Positions 1-40,500 are shown, counted from the first letter of the stretch. The stretch is DNA of 56,839 bases from Octopus bimaculoides (GCF_001194135.2 NC_068997.1:26843972-26900810); one strand, 5' to 3'. Notes: generated by a model from the letters alone, not told the origin. Made by a program: numbers and translations.

Positions 1-208
1 GTGGCCATTTTCGTGCGGGTGACACGTAAAAGCACCCACTACACTCTCTGAGTGGTTGGCGTTAGGAAGGGCATCCAGCTGTAGAAACTCTGCCAAATCA
101 GACTGGAGCCTGGTGTTGCCATCCGGTTTCACCAGTCCTCAGTCAAATCGTCCAACCCATGCTAGCATGGAAAGCGGACGTTAAACGATGATGATGATGA
201 TGATGATG
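1..208 (+). mobile_element. (GAT)n-tailed retroposon/SINE (family S1), 3' part
   Basis: GGTTGGCGTTAGGAAGGGCATCCAGC core, ...GGACGTTAAAC(GAT)n tail; many copies in the window. Confidence 0.85.
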
Positions 209-3200
209 AAATACATCATTTAAATAATTGGCCCAAGAAAGATCTGATTTGTAAGAGTGGAAAATCGTTTTATTCATATTGACACAATAACGAAAATGAA
301 ATGAAAAGGTGGAGAAGCAAAGAGGAGAAACTACTATATGATTACAGTTAGCTGAAGTTTCACCAGATTTTGTAGCCTAATTGCCTCTTGCATTTCAAAC
401 TTAACACACATGCACATGTTAGTATACATGTTGATATCTGCTGTAGGCAGTTGGATTCAAAAGTAGGTGAGTTGATAGTGGGGATGATGTGGGTTGCATT
501 GGTTTAGATATTAGTGATGGTGGGTGGGTATTGTTGGAGTAGTGGTTGTATTGTTCTGTTTCACTACATAGTTGTGGCTGTATAGTCACAAGTCAATCTT
601 CATAGACCTAAGTTCAGAGTTAGTTTATTCAATTTTTTCAATTGCATTAAGATACCACATTGTTTTTATTTGAAATGGATTTGCTTATCTACTTCATTAT
701 TGTTGCTGTTGGTGGTTGTGTTCAAGTTGATAACACATACATATACACACATTCACATATATATATATGTGTGTGTGTATATACATAAATATACATATAT
801 AGTTGTGGCCAAAAGATTGGAGCATTTTTTAAAAATAAAAATTGTTATGCCCAAATATAATTTGATTTAAATATATACAGTGTATATATTAGAGCATTTA
901 ATATATAAATTCTAATTTTCAGACATGTGTTCCATTATACATATCATTTATACATATATGTATGTGTGTAATGTGATGATAGTTTTTCAAATTGTTAACT
1001 ATACACTTTGATTTTAAGCAAAACACAAGTGGCCATAGAGCTAAGAAAAGTAGTTTTAAATTGTTAGCAATTTAGAACTATGCAGTACGAGCTTTTGTAA
1101 GAGTGAAAGTGAAATTAGAGACTATCCGTTCATTTGTCTATTCCTTTCAATTTGGTGCTCCAGCATGGTCACTGTCAGCTGGCTGAAACAAAGGAATGAA
1201 AGAGTATATTTATATACTAAGTGTAGCATATCTATTTACCCACTATTCATTTAGGTTTTGCTTAATGAAAGCTTCCAAGGCTGATTGTTATATTTGTTGG
1301 CAATATTTTACATACATTTACAATTCAAAATTACTACCTTTCACCTTCAGCTGACAAAAAGATAGTCCTTCATTTGTTTAAATAATGGGTAAATGTATAT
1401 GCCACTTGGTATGTATGTATGTCTATATCTTATGTACATGTGTACATGTAAGTTCTCTTCTGTTTTCCATCATCATCATCATCATCATCATCATTTAATG
1501 TCTGTTCTCTGGAGACAGGAGTTGTCCAGCCTGAGGGCTGCTTAGACTCCATTTGTCTGTTTCGGCATGGTTTCTACAGCTGTATGCCCTTCCTAATGCC
1601 ATTATTTAAATTTTTCCTCTGAAGAAGGAGCTGGTATTCACAAAGATGCAAATCTCCATCATGGAATGGAGATAACAAAAACAATGTCGCATTTTAAACT
1701 TAAGGAAAATCTTACATATTTTACTGTTCCACTTACAGATTGTATTTGTAATGTGCAAGTTAATTGGTTGATTGCCTCTTGTGAAAACCCTGTATGGTAT
1801 GTATGTATATATTGTCAGCGTTTAACGTGCTGGCTATGGGCTGGACTGCTTGACAGGAACTGGTGTGGCCGGGGGCCCCACCAAGTTCCATATTCTGTTT
1901 TGGCTTGGTTTCTATAGCTGGTTGCCCTTCCTAATGCCCACCACTTTACAGAGTTTACTGGATATTTTTTATGCGAAAGCAGCACCCACACTAATTCTTT
2001 TTACATGGCGCCTTGGTATTAGGATTTCAATTGTATTGTGGTGAGTAGGTTATATATGTATACATACATACATATATATATATATATGTATATATAAAAT
2101 ATCCCGGAAACAGCTGTAAGACCTATTTATAAATGTTCTGAAATCTTTCATAGCCTTGGATTTTTATCTCATTCTGTTAATTTTTTTATATATACACATG
2201 CTGATATATGACCTACGTTGGACTCTTCATTCGCATAATCACCGAACCTGGAGTTTAACTATAGTCTGTCCATAGCACTTACTCAGCATNNNNNNNNNNT
2301 TCCTAATGCCCACCACTTTACAGAGTTTACTGGATATTTTTTATGCGAAAGCAGCACCCACACTAATTCTTTTTACATGGCGCCTTGGTATTAGGATTTC
2401 AATTGTATTGTGGTGAGTAGGTTATATATGTATACATACATACATATATATATATATATGTATATGTCATCATTATTTAACGTCTGCCTTCCATGCTGGC
2501 ATTAAATGAGGATGGATGATATAAATACACATCAAAATTCTTTCAGCTTGTCTACCTAACCCTCTCAAATGCGCACACACACATGCACGCACTCACACTT
2601 GCATGCACACACTCACTCACTCCAACGCACACTCATTCATGCACATGCACACTCTCACATGTAATTTATTAGCAACTTTGAATTAATCTTAAATAGTTCT
2701 TGATATTTAAATTCTCTTGTTAACGAATAAGGACATTTGTTGTTCTGCGTCAGGTCAGTCCTAGTATTCTAGCCATGGCCATTCCATCGTTTTCTTTTTT
2801 AATTTCAGGCATAGTGTAACTTGGATTACTTTATCCTCTGTGTTTCTTGGGTTTGTTTTTCAGCTGCTAGAATGTGTGATTTCCTAATTTTATGTAGATT
2901 TGCATTCAGCCAATACTCTCCAACTCCCTACATCTTTTCTCTCCTACTGTCCTCCCCTGACCTCACGATTCGGCAACTGGTGTTGGTGTGTTTATGCTCC
3001 TGTAAGTTAGCAGTTCAGCTAAGGAGACTACTAAAATAAGTACCAGACTCATTTACAACAGTCATACAATGTCAAAACAAGGAGGCACAAAGACATACCT
3101 CCCCCCCTCCATACATATTGGTATGTATGTGTGCATATGTGAATGTGTGTATGCATATGTGATGGCATGCACAAGATTTCTTTTATCCCTCTTTATTTCT

Positions 3201-3464
3201 TTTGTTATTTGTGTATTTGCTTACTGGATGACATAATGAGCAACCTTTTTGAATTATCCATGTGATATTGTTATGATTTGTTCTAGAACATTCCATAGGG
3301 AAATATATTTATTTATCAACAGCTATATAAACTTATAGTCCTTTGGCCTGTGACTAGTTTGATAAGTGCAAATGCACGAAACTCTCAGAGTCTGCTAAAT
3401 ATTAATAAAAATATACATATACTCATATTTTGAGCTCTATTTTTCCTGTTTGCACCAGCATACC

Positions 3465-3501
<37 letters not shown>

Positions 3502-3576
3502 ACGTATATAACATTTGTAAACAAACACGGAAGGTTTTGTAAGTTATGGAGAGAAAGCTACTATGGAAAGCTCATA

Positions 3577-3852
3577 GTATAATAATATATCATAATATTT
3601 TATTCTGATTTGAAGCGACAATTTATAAATACAAACAAACGACTGAAAAATGATGAGCTAACCCCAACCAGAATCGAACCTACAAATCAATGCTTACATG
3701 GCTCCTTGCATATCTGATTGGGCCAAACACTCACCCATCAATTTCAGCCATCATTTTTCAGTCATTTGTTTCTATTTATAAATAGTCACTTCAAATTGGA
3801 GAATAAAATATTATTATAATACATAATAAAATATTATAATATGTTATTATAC
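3577..3852. mobile_element. Foldback MITE with about 65-85 bp terminal inverted repeats
   Basis: 3594-3659 is the reverse complement of about 3745-3812 with few mismatches. Confidence 0.75.
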
Positions 3853-3854
3853 AG

Positions 3855-3907
<53 letters not shown>

Positions 3908-4374
3908 CATACATACATAAACGATGAGCATCTTTTACCTTTTGTTCACTAAACCACTCACAAGGCTTTGGTCAGCATGTAGCTATAGGAGAAGACACTT
4001 GCCTAAGGTGCTGAATGGTGGGATTGAATCCAAAGCCACTGTGTTACCCTTTAGCCAAGGGCTGACCAAAGCTTTGTGAGTGGATTTGGTAGGCAGAAAC
4101 TCTGAAAGAACCACATCATTGTGTATATGCGGGGTGTATATGTATATTCGGATGGGATGTATCTGAATTTAAATTATTTTATTTAAAGACAGAAACAGAT
4201 TAGTAACTATGAGATTCACACTCACCTATCCACTCCCACATGGTTGAATAGTTAAAACATTTACTTTGTAACTTTGTGGCTCCAGGTGACAGATTTCTTA
4301 GAATCCCTTATTTTTATTTTTTGTGCTAAAAGACTTAAAAGAAAAAAAAGACCTGTTCTTTCTTTCTTTTGTAG

Positions 4375-31269
<26,895 letters not shown>

Positions 31270-31410
31270 TGACATTTTTTCTAATTTGTACATAAATTAT
31301 GGATGTTTTGATATCAACAGAAACTACAATTAAATTAATTTACATTGCAAAAAAAATTCATCAAATTTTCTTTCCATCTTTTATTTTTCTCTCCCCTGTC
31401 TCCTTTTAAG
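31270..31410. terminator. Candidate bidirectional cleavage/polyadenylation region
   Basis: Plus strand: TGTA 31287-31290, ATTAAA 31329-31334, CA at about 31348. Minus strand: AATAAA at 31385-31380. Confidence 0.45.
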
Positions 31411-31548
31411 CTATTCTATAATAGACTCTATGATATTTTGGACATGTTGTTTACATTTGAGACCCAGTTCTGAGAATTCAGACAAACCTTGCAGCGAGTC
31501 TTGCAAGTTAGGTAACATATTGGCATTCTTAAGAATAACTTTTGCCTG
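31411..31548 (-). CDS. RTTN: RTTN terminal exon (AKVILKNANMLPNL...QNIIESIIE*)
   Basis: ttccag acceptor, phase 0, TAG at 31413-31411; resembles the rotatin C-terminus AK..LK. Confidence 0.85.
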   Translation of the reverse strand, partial: QAKVILKNANMLPNLQDSLQGLSEFSELGLKCKQHVQNIIESIIE

Positions 31549-34500
31549 GAAATAGAAGAAAAAAAAACAAACAAACGATAAGAAACTATCACCAAAATGT
31601 TGCATTTTGGAAATTAAATGAAATTTAACCCTTTTTGGGACCATATTTCCAAGGAAATACACCATGTATGTTTCAATTAATTTTAAAAAATCAAGAATGG
31701 GGGGGGAGGGGATTTAGTGAAACGACTTCATTACAAAGCTGGTGTTTGGAAAATAAACTAATCAAAGGTTCTTGCATAAAATTATGATTGGGCAATTTAA
31801 ATATGAAATGCTTTAAAAAAAACAAGACGGGTTTTGAACAGGCAGGTTAGTATCAAAAGTGTATGGAAATAAGAGAGGACAACACATGCTATATAATTTT
31901 NNNNNNNNNNNNNNNNNNNNNNNNNNNNNNNNNNNNNNNNNNNNNNNNNNNNNNNNNNNNNNNNNNNNNNNNNNNNNNNNNNNNNNNNNNNNNNNNNNNN
32001 NNNNNNNNNNNNNNNNNNNNNNNNNNNNNNNNNNNNNNNNNNNNNNNNNNNNNNNNNNNNNNNNNNNNNNNNNNNNNNNNNNNNNNNNNNNNNNNNNNNN
32101 NNNNNNNNNNNNNNNNNNNNNNNNNNNNNNNNNNNNNNNNNNNNNNNNNNNNNNNNNNNNNNNNNNNNCTGAAACAAAGCCCTCACTTTTATTACTAGGT
32201 AAGAGTGAAGGGTAAGCCCTTCTAAAATCCACTTTTCTTGTCGAATTTCTCAGAGATGGCAGCTAAAACATTATACAAAGCAGTAGTCTTAAAAGAAAAT
32301 AAGAATAAAAACAACACATAGAAAGAATTCTGTCCAAAACTGAATCAAAAGATGAAAGCATTATCTTTTATAGTTTTCTGAATGTCTCCAAATGCTATTT
32401 ATTTACTTTCATTCTAATTAGTCATCTAATATTTTATTAATTCATCAAAACATTTCTTTTCTAGGATTCAAAAGCTTCCAATTTTTTCTTTTTTCACCCT
32501 TAGGGTTTGATTGGGTGGGGTGGGGGGCAGGACTTGATTATTTGATCAAGAAAGTGTAAAAGAAAACCTATAGGTTCCTGCAGGAGAAAGCAGCACTTCA
32601 AGATATGGAGTTATTCAACAGACAACCAGAGGAGATCCATGTCAATGTTTGCTAGAGAGTGAACTCTGCTAAAGGTACCTGGAGCCCAGACAGTCGGACT
32701 AAATTAATTCTACCTCTTAAAACAACAGATGCAGACTTCGATTTTTCTTTTTTGTGCCCCACTAATTTCACTCCAAGCAGTAGTAGAAGACTTATCTAAG
32801 GTACCATGCAGTGGAGTTGACTCTTGGACCATGTGATTGCAGAGCAAACCTTAACCCCAAGGTTATTGCCTGATCTACAGAGATTTTCTTAACCAAAACT
32901 TCCAAATGACAAACTTACTATAGGCCAAAAGTTTATTTTTGTTTGAACAGTGGCAACTGATGTTTCTGATCACCAACAATGCTTTCTCTTGGTGGCTGAC
33001 AGTCATACCATTCTCACACAAGTCCAGTAACCTCTCGATGGAATCTGAAAGAAATAAAGTGACTCTGCTTTAGTGACATATGGCAACTTTTCCTTGGCCC
33101 TGCTTTATATTAGCTCTTTGGTTACCACTTGAACAGACAATGAATCAACCAACAAGGTAGCTTCTCTACATAGTTGCTTTTTCTCCAACAAGCAGCAGCC
33201 AAATCTCCCTCAAATTAATTCCCCTCTCACCCTGCTTCCTCATCACCATTAATATTAACACATTTGATGTGATCCTACTTACTCCTAAATATGGGATGGT
33301 CAAGGCTAATCTGGGTCTGTAAAATAATGATTTCACATCCCTTATGATTCTACTTAAAGTGGTCCCCAAACATTTTTGAATATTGAAACAAGGGCCAACC
33401 ACTTCAGTAATGACAACGTTTCTGTAGTAGCTTTACCCCTTATTTGCTTAACTTTTGTTACTATATTTGTTGAAAGACACTAATTTTGTTTCAATTAATT
33501 TTGAAAATGATGAATTTGGTACATAACATTATCGTTATTAAGCTGGTGCTTGGGTTGCATAAATTAACATGAAATTTTAATGGATGGTTTTAATTTAGCT
33601 CAGAGATATCAATCACAGAACCAACAGCAATTTCTGGTGGGTAGGTATCAAAAGGAATGTTTACATTCTTGTGATATTTAACAATAAAACTATTCAATCT
33701 GTTGATGTAAGATATTGTAAGTGATGCCTAAAACTAACTACTAGGGGACCCAGGAAAATCAAAATTAAGATTAGTTGGGTATGGGTATTGTCACTAATTT
33801 GAAGAAATATAGCCCAGTCCTCATAGTAACCAAGTCTGGCTGTGACCAAGCTGGAGCACAATCAAAACTCAACTATGTTCATCAGCTTGGATGTTTGAAT
33901 CACCAAATTGGCTATTAGATAAAGAAAAAAAATTACTGAAGTTGAATGCTGATCTTCTAAATATTTAAGAAATCTTATACTAATGAGGCAAATATCTTTT
34001 GTTTCAGTCATTGGACTGGCCATGCTGGAGACATTGCTTTGAAATGTTTAGTTGAACAAATTGACCCCAGTACTTTTGCTGAACCACTAAGTTACAGGCA
34101 TATAAACAAACGAACCAAACACACACACATATGCATGACAGACTTCCTCAGTTTCTGTCTACGAAATTCACTCAAGGTATTGGTCCGCCTGGTGCTTTAG
34201 TAGAAGACACTTGCAGTAGGACTGAACCTCAAACCATGTGGTTGCAAAGCAAGCTTCTTAATCGCAGGACAAATGCCTGTGCCTACGTTCAATATTTAGC
34301 AAGCAATTTGGGTATATATATATATATATATGTATGTATATAAATTCTTACCTTTGATCTTAAATATCATGAGTTGACCCTCATCGGAGAAGGACACGGA
34401 TCGGAACAACTCCAGCCAGCAAAGTTCCGCATCATAACTGTTCCGCAAATCTGTCTTTCTCTTTGTCCTTTTAACTGTGATGTTGGGGAATTCATTCAAG

Positions 34501-37500
34501 AAGTTCACCTGTATATGTGGTGGGGAGAGAATGGAAAAATGATAATTAGGTATTTTTCATCTGTATTATTATAACTTAAAACCCTAATACAGCAGACCTA
34601 TGATCAATAGCTTTCCCGCTGTGACCATCCCATCTTTATGTTTATCAAGTATGATTTTGTCCTGTGTTTTTTTTTCCTTTCTTTTTTATTAAGGTGTTAG
34701 ATGGAGTGTTAGTGGACTTGAAGGAAATTTGGCTGCTATATCTAGCATAGAAGCAGCAGTTCTCAATCTTTAATCATTGCAATCCATTTCAGTAAACTCA
34801 ATAATCTGCCACGACTTTTTTTAAATATTTAAATAAAAAACTGCTTTCCAAAAAAAATAAATAAATAATAAAACTAACTTCTGTTTTCAGTATATGTTGT
34901 GTTGTGATGCTCATTCTGTCTATTCTTGGTTAACATATTTATGTAACTGTTGTCATGTCTGCTATATCTCACAGTTTATTATTCAAGATAACAATATATA
35001 TAAACATTTTATCAAATATTTCAAAAGTAAGATTTTGTTTTTGCCAACTGAAGGAGAGTTTCAGAGCTAGAGTTGAGAAAAACAAAGAGTGTTGGCCTTG
35101 GGTACACGTGTCAAAGACACTTATGACTTTATGGCCCAGTCTATCTGGCTGTCAATAGGCTGTTAATAGAGCAAATAAAAAAAAAAGACATTCCAACAAT
35201 GACTATCCTGTCTTTTATTCAATGTATCTAAGACTACATGATCCAGTGTTTTTTTAAAGGAAATTCGGCTGCTACTTTTAGCAGGTCAAGTGTTCAAGCC
35301 CATAGCTTGCGTAAAATAGGTATTTCCCCAGGAAGTACAGCCCATCATGAAGGAAAATGTTTCTCATTCCCATTCATAGTTCCATAATAGGAACTGAATA
35401 CAGCATTGCTAGTCAATGAGAATGTCCTCAGTATAACTTACTGAGACCTTTATTACATGTGGTCCCTATTTGCAGCTCGATAAACTAAGCCATTAAAAGG
35501 GACATAGGAAATTGCCATGTAGCATATAAACCTTCAGTCATTCACTTGGTAAACTAGCAATGCTTTCGAATCAGTTATCAACCACTAACCATTCTGGGAA
35601 TCACCATGGTATTACTGCTATTATCATTTGGGCAAAATGCTTAGCAGCACTTAATTCAACTTTACATTCTGAATTCAAATTCCACTGAGGTTGACTTTGC
35701 CTTTCATGGTTAGTAAAAAAAAGTACTAGTTGAACTCTGAGGTTGATATAATCAATTTACCCCGCTCCCCCAAAATTATTGCTGGCTCTGTGGTAAATTT
35801 GAAACCAATATTCAAAGGTGGCAGAATTGTTGGCACACCAGGCAAAATGCTTGAAGGCATTTCATCCATCTTTACAGTCTGAGTTCAAATGCTGCCAAGG
35901 TCAACTTTGCCTTTCATCCTTATTGAGGTTGATAAAATAAAGTACCAGTTGAGTACTGGGATTAATGTAATCGATTTAACCCTTTCCCTGTGCCAAAATT
36001 CAAAACTATTATTATTATTATGGCAAGCTGGCAGAATTGTTAGTACACCAGACAAAATGCTTAGCAACATTTTGTGTGTCTATGTTCTAAGTTCAAATTC
36101 CACTAAGGCTGGCTTTGCCTTTCAGGCTTTTGAGGTTGATAAAATGAGTACCAGTTGAGAATTGGGGCTGATGTACTCAACTAATCCCGCCCACTAAATT
36201 TCAGGCATTGTGCCTATATTAGAAAGCTTGCAGCCTTAATAATAATAATCCTTCCTACAATATGCTGCCCTATGGAGCATTCTTTAAGCCGCTGAGGAAC
36301 CTACTTCAGAACTGACTGACCTGCTCAATGTAACAACCAAATCTTTAACAAACTCCTCAAAGTTGGGAAGCAGTTTTGTGATTGACATCTTAAGGCATTT
36401 TGCCTGACAAATAAAACTGGATCAACAGAAACAATTTGTTAGTTCAGCAACCATTTAATTCCTTACATTAAGGTATGGTGTGGAAAGAGGACCTTAATAT
36501 GGTAACTCATCTTGGTAAAAAAAATGGCAGTAAAACCCTTGTCGAATTTAAAGATAAAAAGAACATTTGATAATGTAATCTAAGATAAACCATACACCAA
36601 AAGATGGGATGGTCATGAGTGGAATGTGCCTTTAAACAACAGCATCATAGGTATGATAAAACAGCAAAGTACCGCAGAGTTGTTTTTTTTTTTTTCTGAG
36701 CAGAGAGGAAGGCCAGTGCCCATGACCCTTTATAGGGCCTCCAAGACTGAGAGGGAGGATGGTATGCTCAAACAGGAGACTTAGCCCAAAGGATTACAAC
36801 AGAGTGGAGTGTGCTGCAAAAGACACCTAAAGTGTCAGGCTGTGATGTTTAATGGGCTGACGAATAAAGTCCACCACCCTGACAACAGTCAGGTGGTCTG
36901 TAATATTTGATGACCGTTTTAAAGAAGATAAAAATATCTAAAAGATCATGCTGGCACCACATAAAAAATACTTGTGCTGGTGCCATGTAAGAGCACTAAT
37001 GTTGGTGCCACATAGAAGAACCCATGCCAGGCCATGTAAAAAGCACCCAGTACACACTAAAGTGGTTGGCATTAGGAAGGGCATCCAGCTGTAGAAACCA
37101 AGACAAATGGGGCTCTCTGGCTGGCTAGCTCCTGTCAAACTGTCCAACACATGCCAGCATGGAAAACGGACATTAAATGATAATATAAAAGGTCGGGGAA
37201 AAAAAAAAAAAAAACTACAAAACTGACCTTGAGAAGGATGTTGCGACATTCACCTGAAACCATTAATATTGACAACAAATGGAACACTGACGTTATCAAA
37301 GAGCCATTATCCTTAGTTGGTTCTGATGCCAAAAGGTGTACCAAACAGTGGACCAATGAGTTGTTACTTAACTGGTTACGGTTCGGTATGATGCTGCTAC
37401 TGCTGCCCTGTGTGACGGGATGGGTGTATGCCAGCGAACTACAAGCTGTAACATAGATTACATCACTGTCACAAAAATGACACATCTTGATACAACTCCA

Positions 37501-40500
37501 TACTTCAACACTCATCTCACTAAACACTACCCACCCTTCTCAACAGTGTTTTTTTTCCTTCCTATTACATACTCCACCTACCTCCATAGAACAGTTGTAA
37601 CTATTCTAATAGCAATCTATGTACCCCGCTTACCAAAATGGTTTCTTCTATTCTTATGACACTTTTCACCGTCTTCCCCAGAATGGTTCTGTCCATCACT
37701 CCACACACCCCTCTCACCAAAGTTGGACCATCCACTTCTATGCCGTATTCACTGCAAACCTCTCACCCAAATGGTCCTATCCACTTTTATGCTATATTCC
37801 ACATACACCCTACCTGTCATCAAAGAGTCTGCTCCCACTTTTACACTGCTTGCCAAAATACACAATCCATTTCTGTTACACTCAACACATCTCTCTTACT
37901 AAAATGACCCAGACTATTCTTATACTATATTTCACACACCCTTCTTGTTAATGTGGCTGTATCTATCCTATCTATTTCTATGCTGTATTCCACTCCATAC
38001 ACTTCTTTTACTAAAATGACTCTTTCCATGTCCATGCTATACTCCACAAACCCCTCACTACAGTGGCTCTGTCCATTCTTCTGTTATTACTTCTCCAGAA
38101 TGATTCTGTCTGTTACTATGTTATTACCCTATTACAGGATGCATGGCTCTGGTTAGAGCATTGGGCTCACAATCATGAGATAATGAGTTCGATTCCCAGA
38201 CCAGGCTGTATGTTGTGTTCTTGAAAAAGACACTATTTCATATTGTTTCAGTTCACTCAACTGTAGAAATGAGTTGTGACGTCACTGGTACCAAGCTGTA
38301 TCGGCCTTTGCCTTTCCTTTGAATAACATCAGTAGCGTGGAGACGAGAGGCTGGTATGCATGGGTGACTGTCGGTTTTCCATAAACAACCTTGCCCGGAC
38401 TTGTAGCTAGGAGGAGAACTTTCTAGGTACAATCCCATGGTCATTCATGACCAAAGGGATTCTATACCCTTTTAACCTATTACCTTATGAGAAATGCTAC
38501 TGTACCCCTCCATAGTCCTAACATCCCTGCCATCAGTGATCTTACCTTTTGGACAATTGGCTGTATAGGAGATGAGTAGGTTGACAGCAGAACACATGAG
38601 TGGTTTATCTTCAAGACACCAACACCACATGGAGTGGACAAGCTGAGGTAGGTAACTCCTCTGACACACCAACTGCAAACAACAACATAAAAAAACGGGG
38701 TCAACTCTTTTGAAAACAAACTATGACCAAAAAGATGGGGTTAGTGCTTTTCAAGTGTCTCATTTAGCAGATATAGTTGCAGCTGTGTAGGATCATTACA
38801 GTGATAACGATTTATACAGCTGCATAAATCATTAGTTTCCCCATGACCCAAACAGTGTATTTACAACATCATCCAGTGTGTCCTCCCTTTTTTTTAATTT
38901 GGTACGGTATAATTTGAGAGAGACTTGATTGCTAAAGAATCATCAATGACAATAACCATCCAAATCTGCTGATTCATCATTACAGTGGTAGTAGTAGTAG
39001 TAGTAGTAGTAGCAGCAGCAGTAGTAAAGGTAATGACAACTCACCTTAACCTCTTGGTGGTGTGTAGCCAAGTTGGTCAATATTTGGAAGGCCATCAGGA
39101 CATCTTGTAATAATGATTCTGTCTAGAACAAAAAAGGGTGAGGATAAATTAATTTATATTAATCAGTTCAATTAGAGTAATTTGTTACATTTATAGTGGT
39201 TGTGAACTAAAAAAAAAAAGGCCAGAAGGTCATCCATTAATTCTATCATTAGAGCTCAGAATAATGTTTGACAAAGTAATTACACACAGTGTAATACTTG
39301 TGGTTGGCATTAGGAAGGGTATCCAGCCATAGAAACCATGCCAAATCAGATTGGAACCTGATGCAGCTCTCCAGTTTCAGTCAAACTGTCTAACACATAC
39401 CAGCATGGAAAGAAGGTGCTAAATGATGATGATACACTTCCTCTAGTAATGTTACAACATTAGCCATAGATATATCTATCACCAGTCCATCAATCACACT
39501 GTTACAGACATCATCATCATCGTTTAACGTCCACCTTTCATGCAGGCATGGGTGGGATGGTTTGACAAGAGCCGGCCAGACAAAAGCCTGCACCAGGCTT
39601 CTGTAACTCTTTTGGCAGGCTTTTTACAGCTGGATGCCCTTCCTAACACCAATCACTCAGCAGAGTGGACTTAATACTTTTTACATGGCACAAGCACAGG
39701 TGAGGTTTTTACAGCGGGATGCTCTTCCAAATGCCAACCACTTTACAATGTGGACTGGGTGCTTTTTAAGTAGCACCTGCACTAACGGGGTCACCAAGCA
39801 CTTGCAAGACAAAAAAAAAAAATCTCTTTTGAGAGGGAAGGAGGCATTGGAGAGGAGGTGATCTTGTGTCAGATGATGAAAGGTTATAATGAGACAGAGA
39901 GACAACGTACCATATTCTTCCTCCATCAACTTTACAACAATACATCACAGGTGATGTAACACCAACCTTTCACCAATGCCATAATAACCCTCCACCACCC
40001 TCTCCTCTCTCAGCACCACAATTCTTCCATTCAAATACTGCACAAACCTGTTTCTTTCTTGAAGAAGAGTTTTTCTTTGACTGAAGAAACGCCAGATTCA
40101 GCTTGGCATGCCAATCTTTCAAATGCTGCATCACACTTTCTACTAAGCCACCTGTAAACACAACAGAACCAAATAAACAAATTCAACATTATGTGGTCGC
40201 TTGATCTGCTAAAAATAGCAGCCAATTTTGAAGGACGGCATATGATCTACACATTAAGCTAGTATTTAGAATAGAAATCAACATGAAATTTTGATGGAAA
40301 GTTTTAATTTAAATTATTTGGATCATTTCGGTTTGGCTGCCAGCATTTCAAAAATTAAGACATGAAGTTTGTATCAAAGAAGCAGGGATTCTCTTCTGCA
40401 GCTTGGCAACAAAAGAGAAGATGCTTATATAAAATTATGTTGGAAGGTTTTACTGTAAATATAAACAGTTATAAATGAGTGATTTTGTATTAAAGAATTA

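Noticed and set aside
447-466. Possible 20-nt micro-exon (gtag GCAGTTGGATTCAAAAGTAG gtgagt) as the upstream SPCA exon
   Set aside because: Weak pyrimidine tract, and the frame needed to join exon 4375 ends in TAG; at most a UTR exon, and unsupported.
33166-33421. Exon-like minus-strand segment with acceptor at 33421
   Set aside because: Stop codon in the required phase 1 frame, and the RTTN chain is complete without it.
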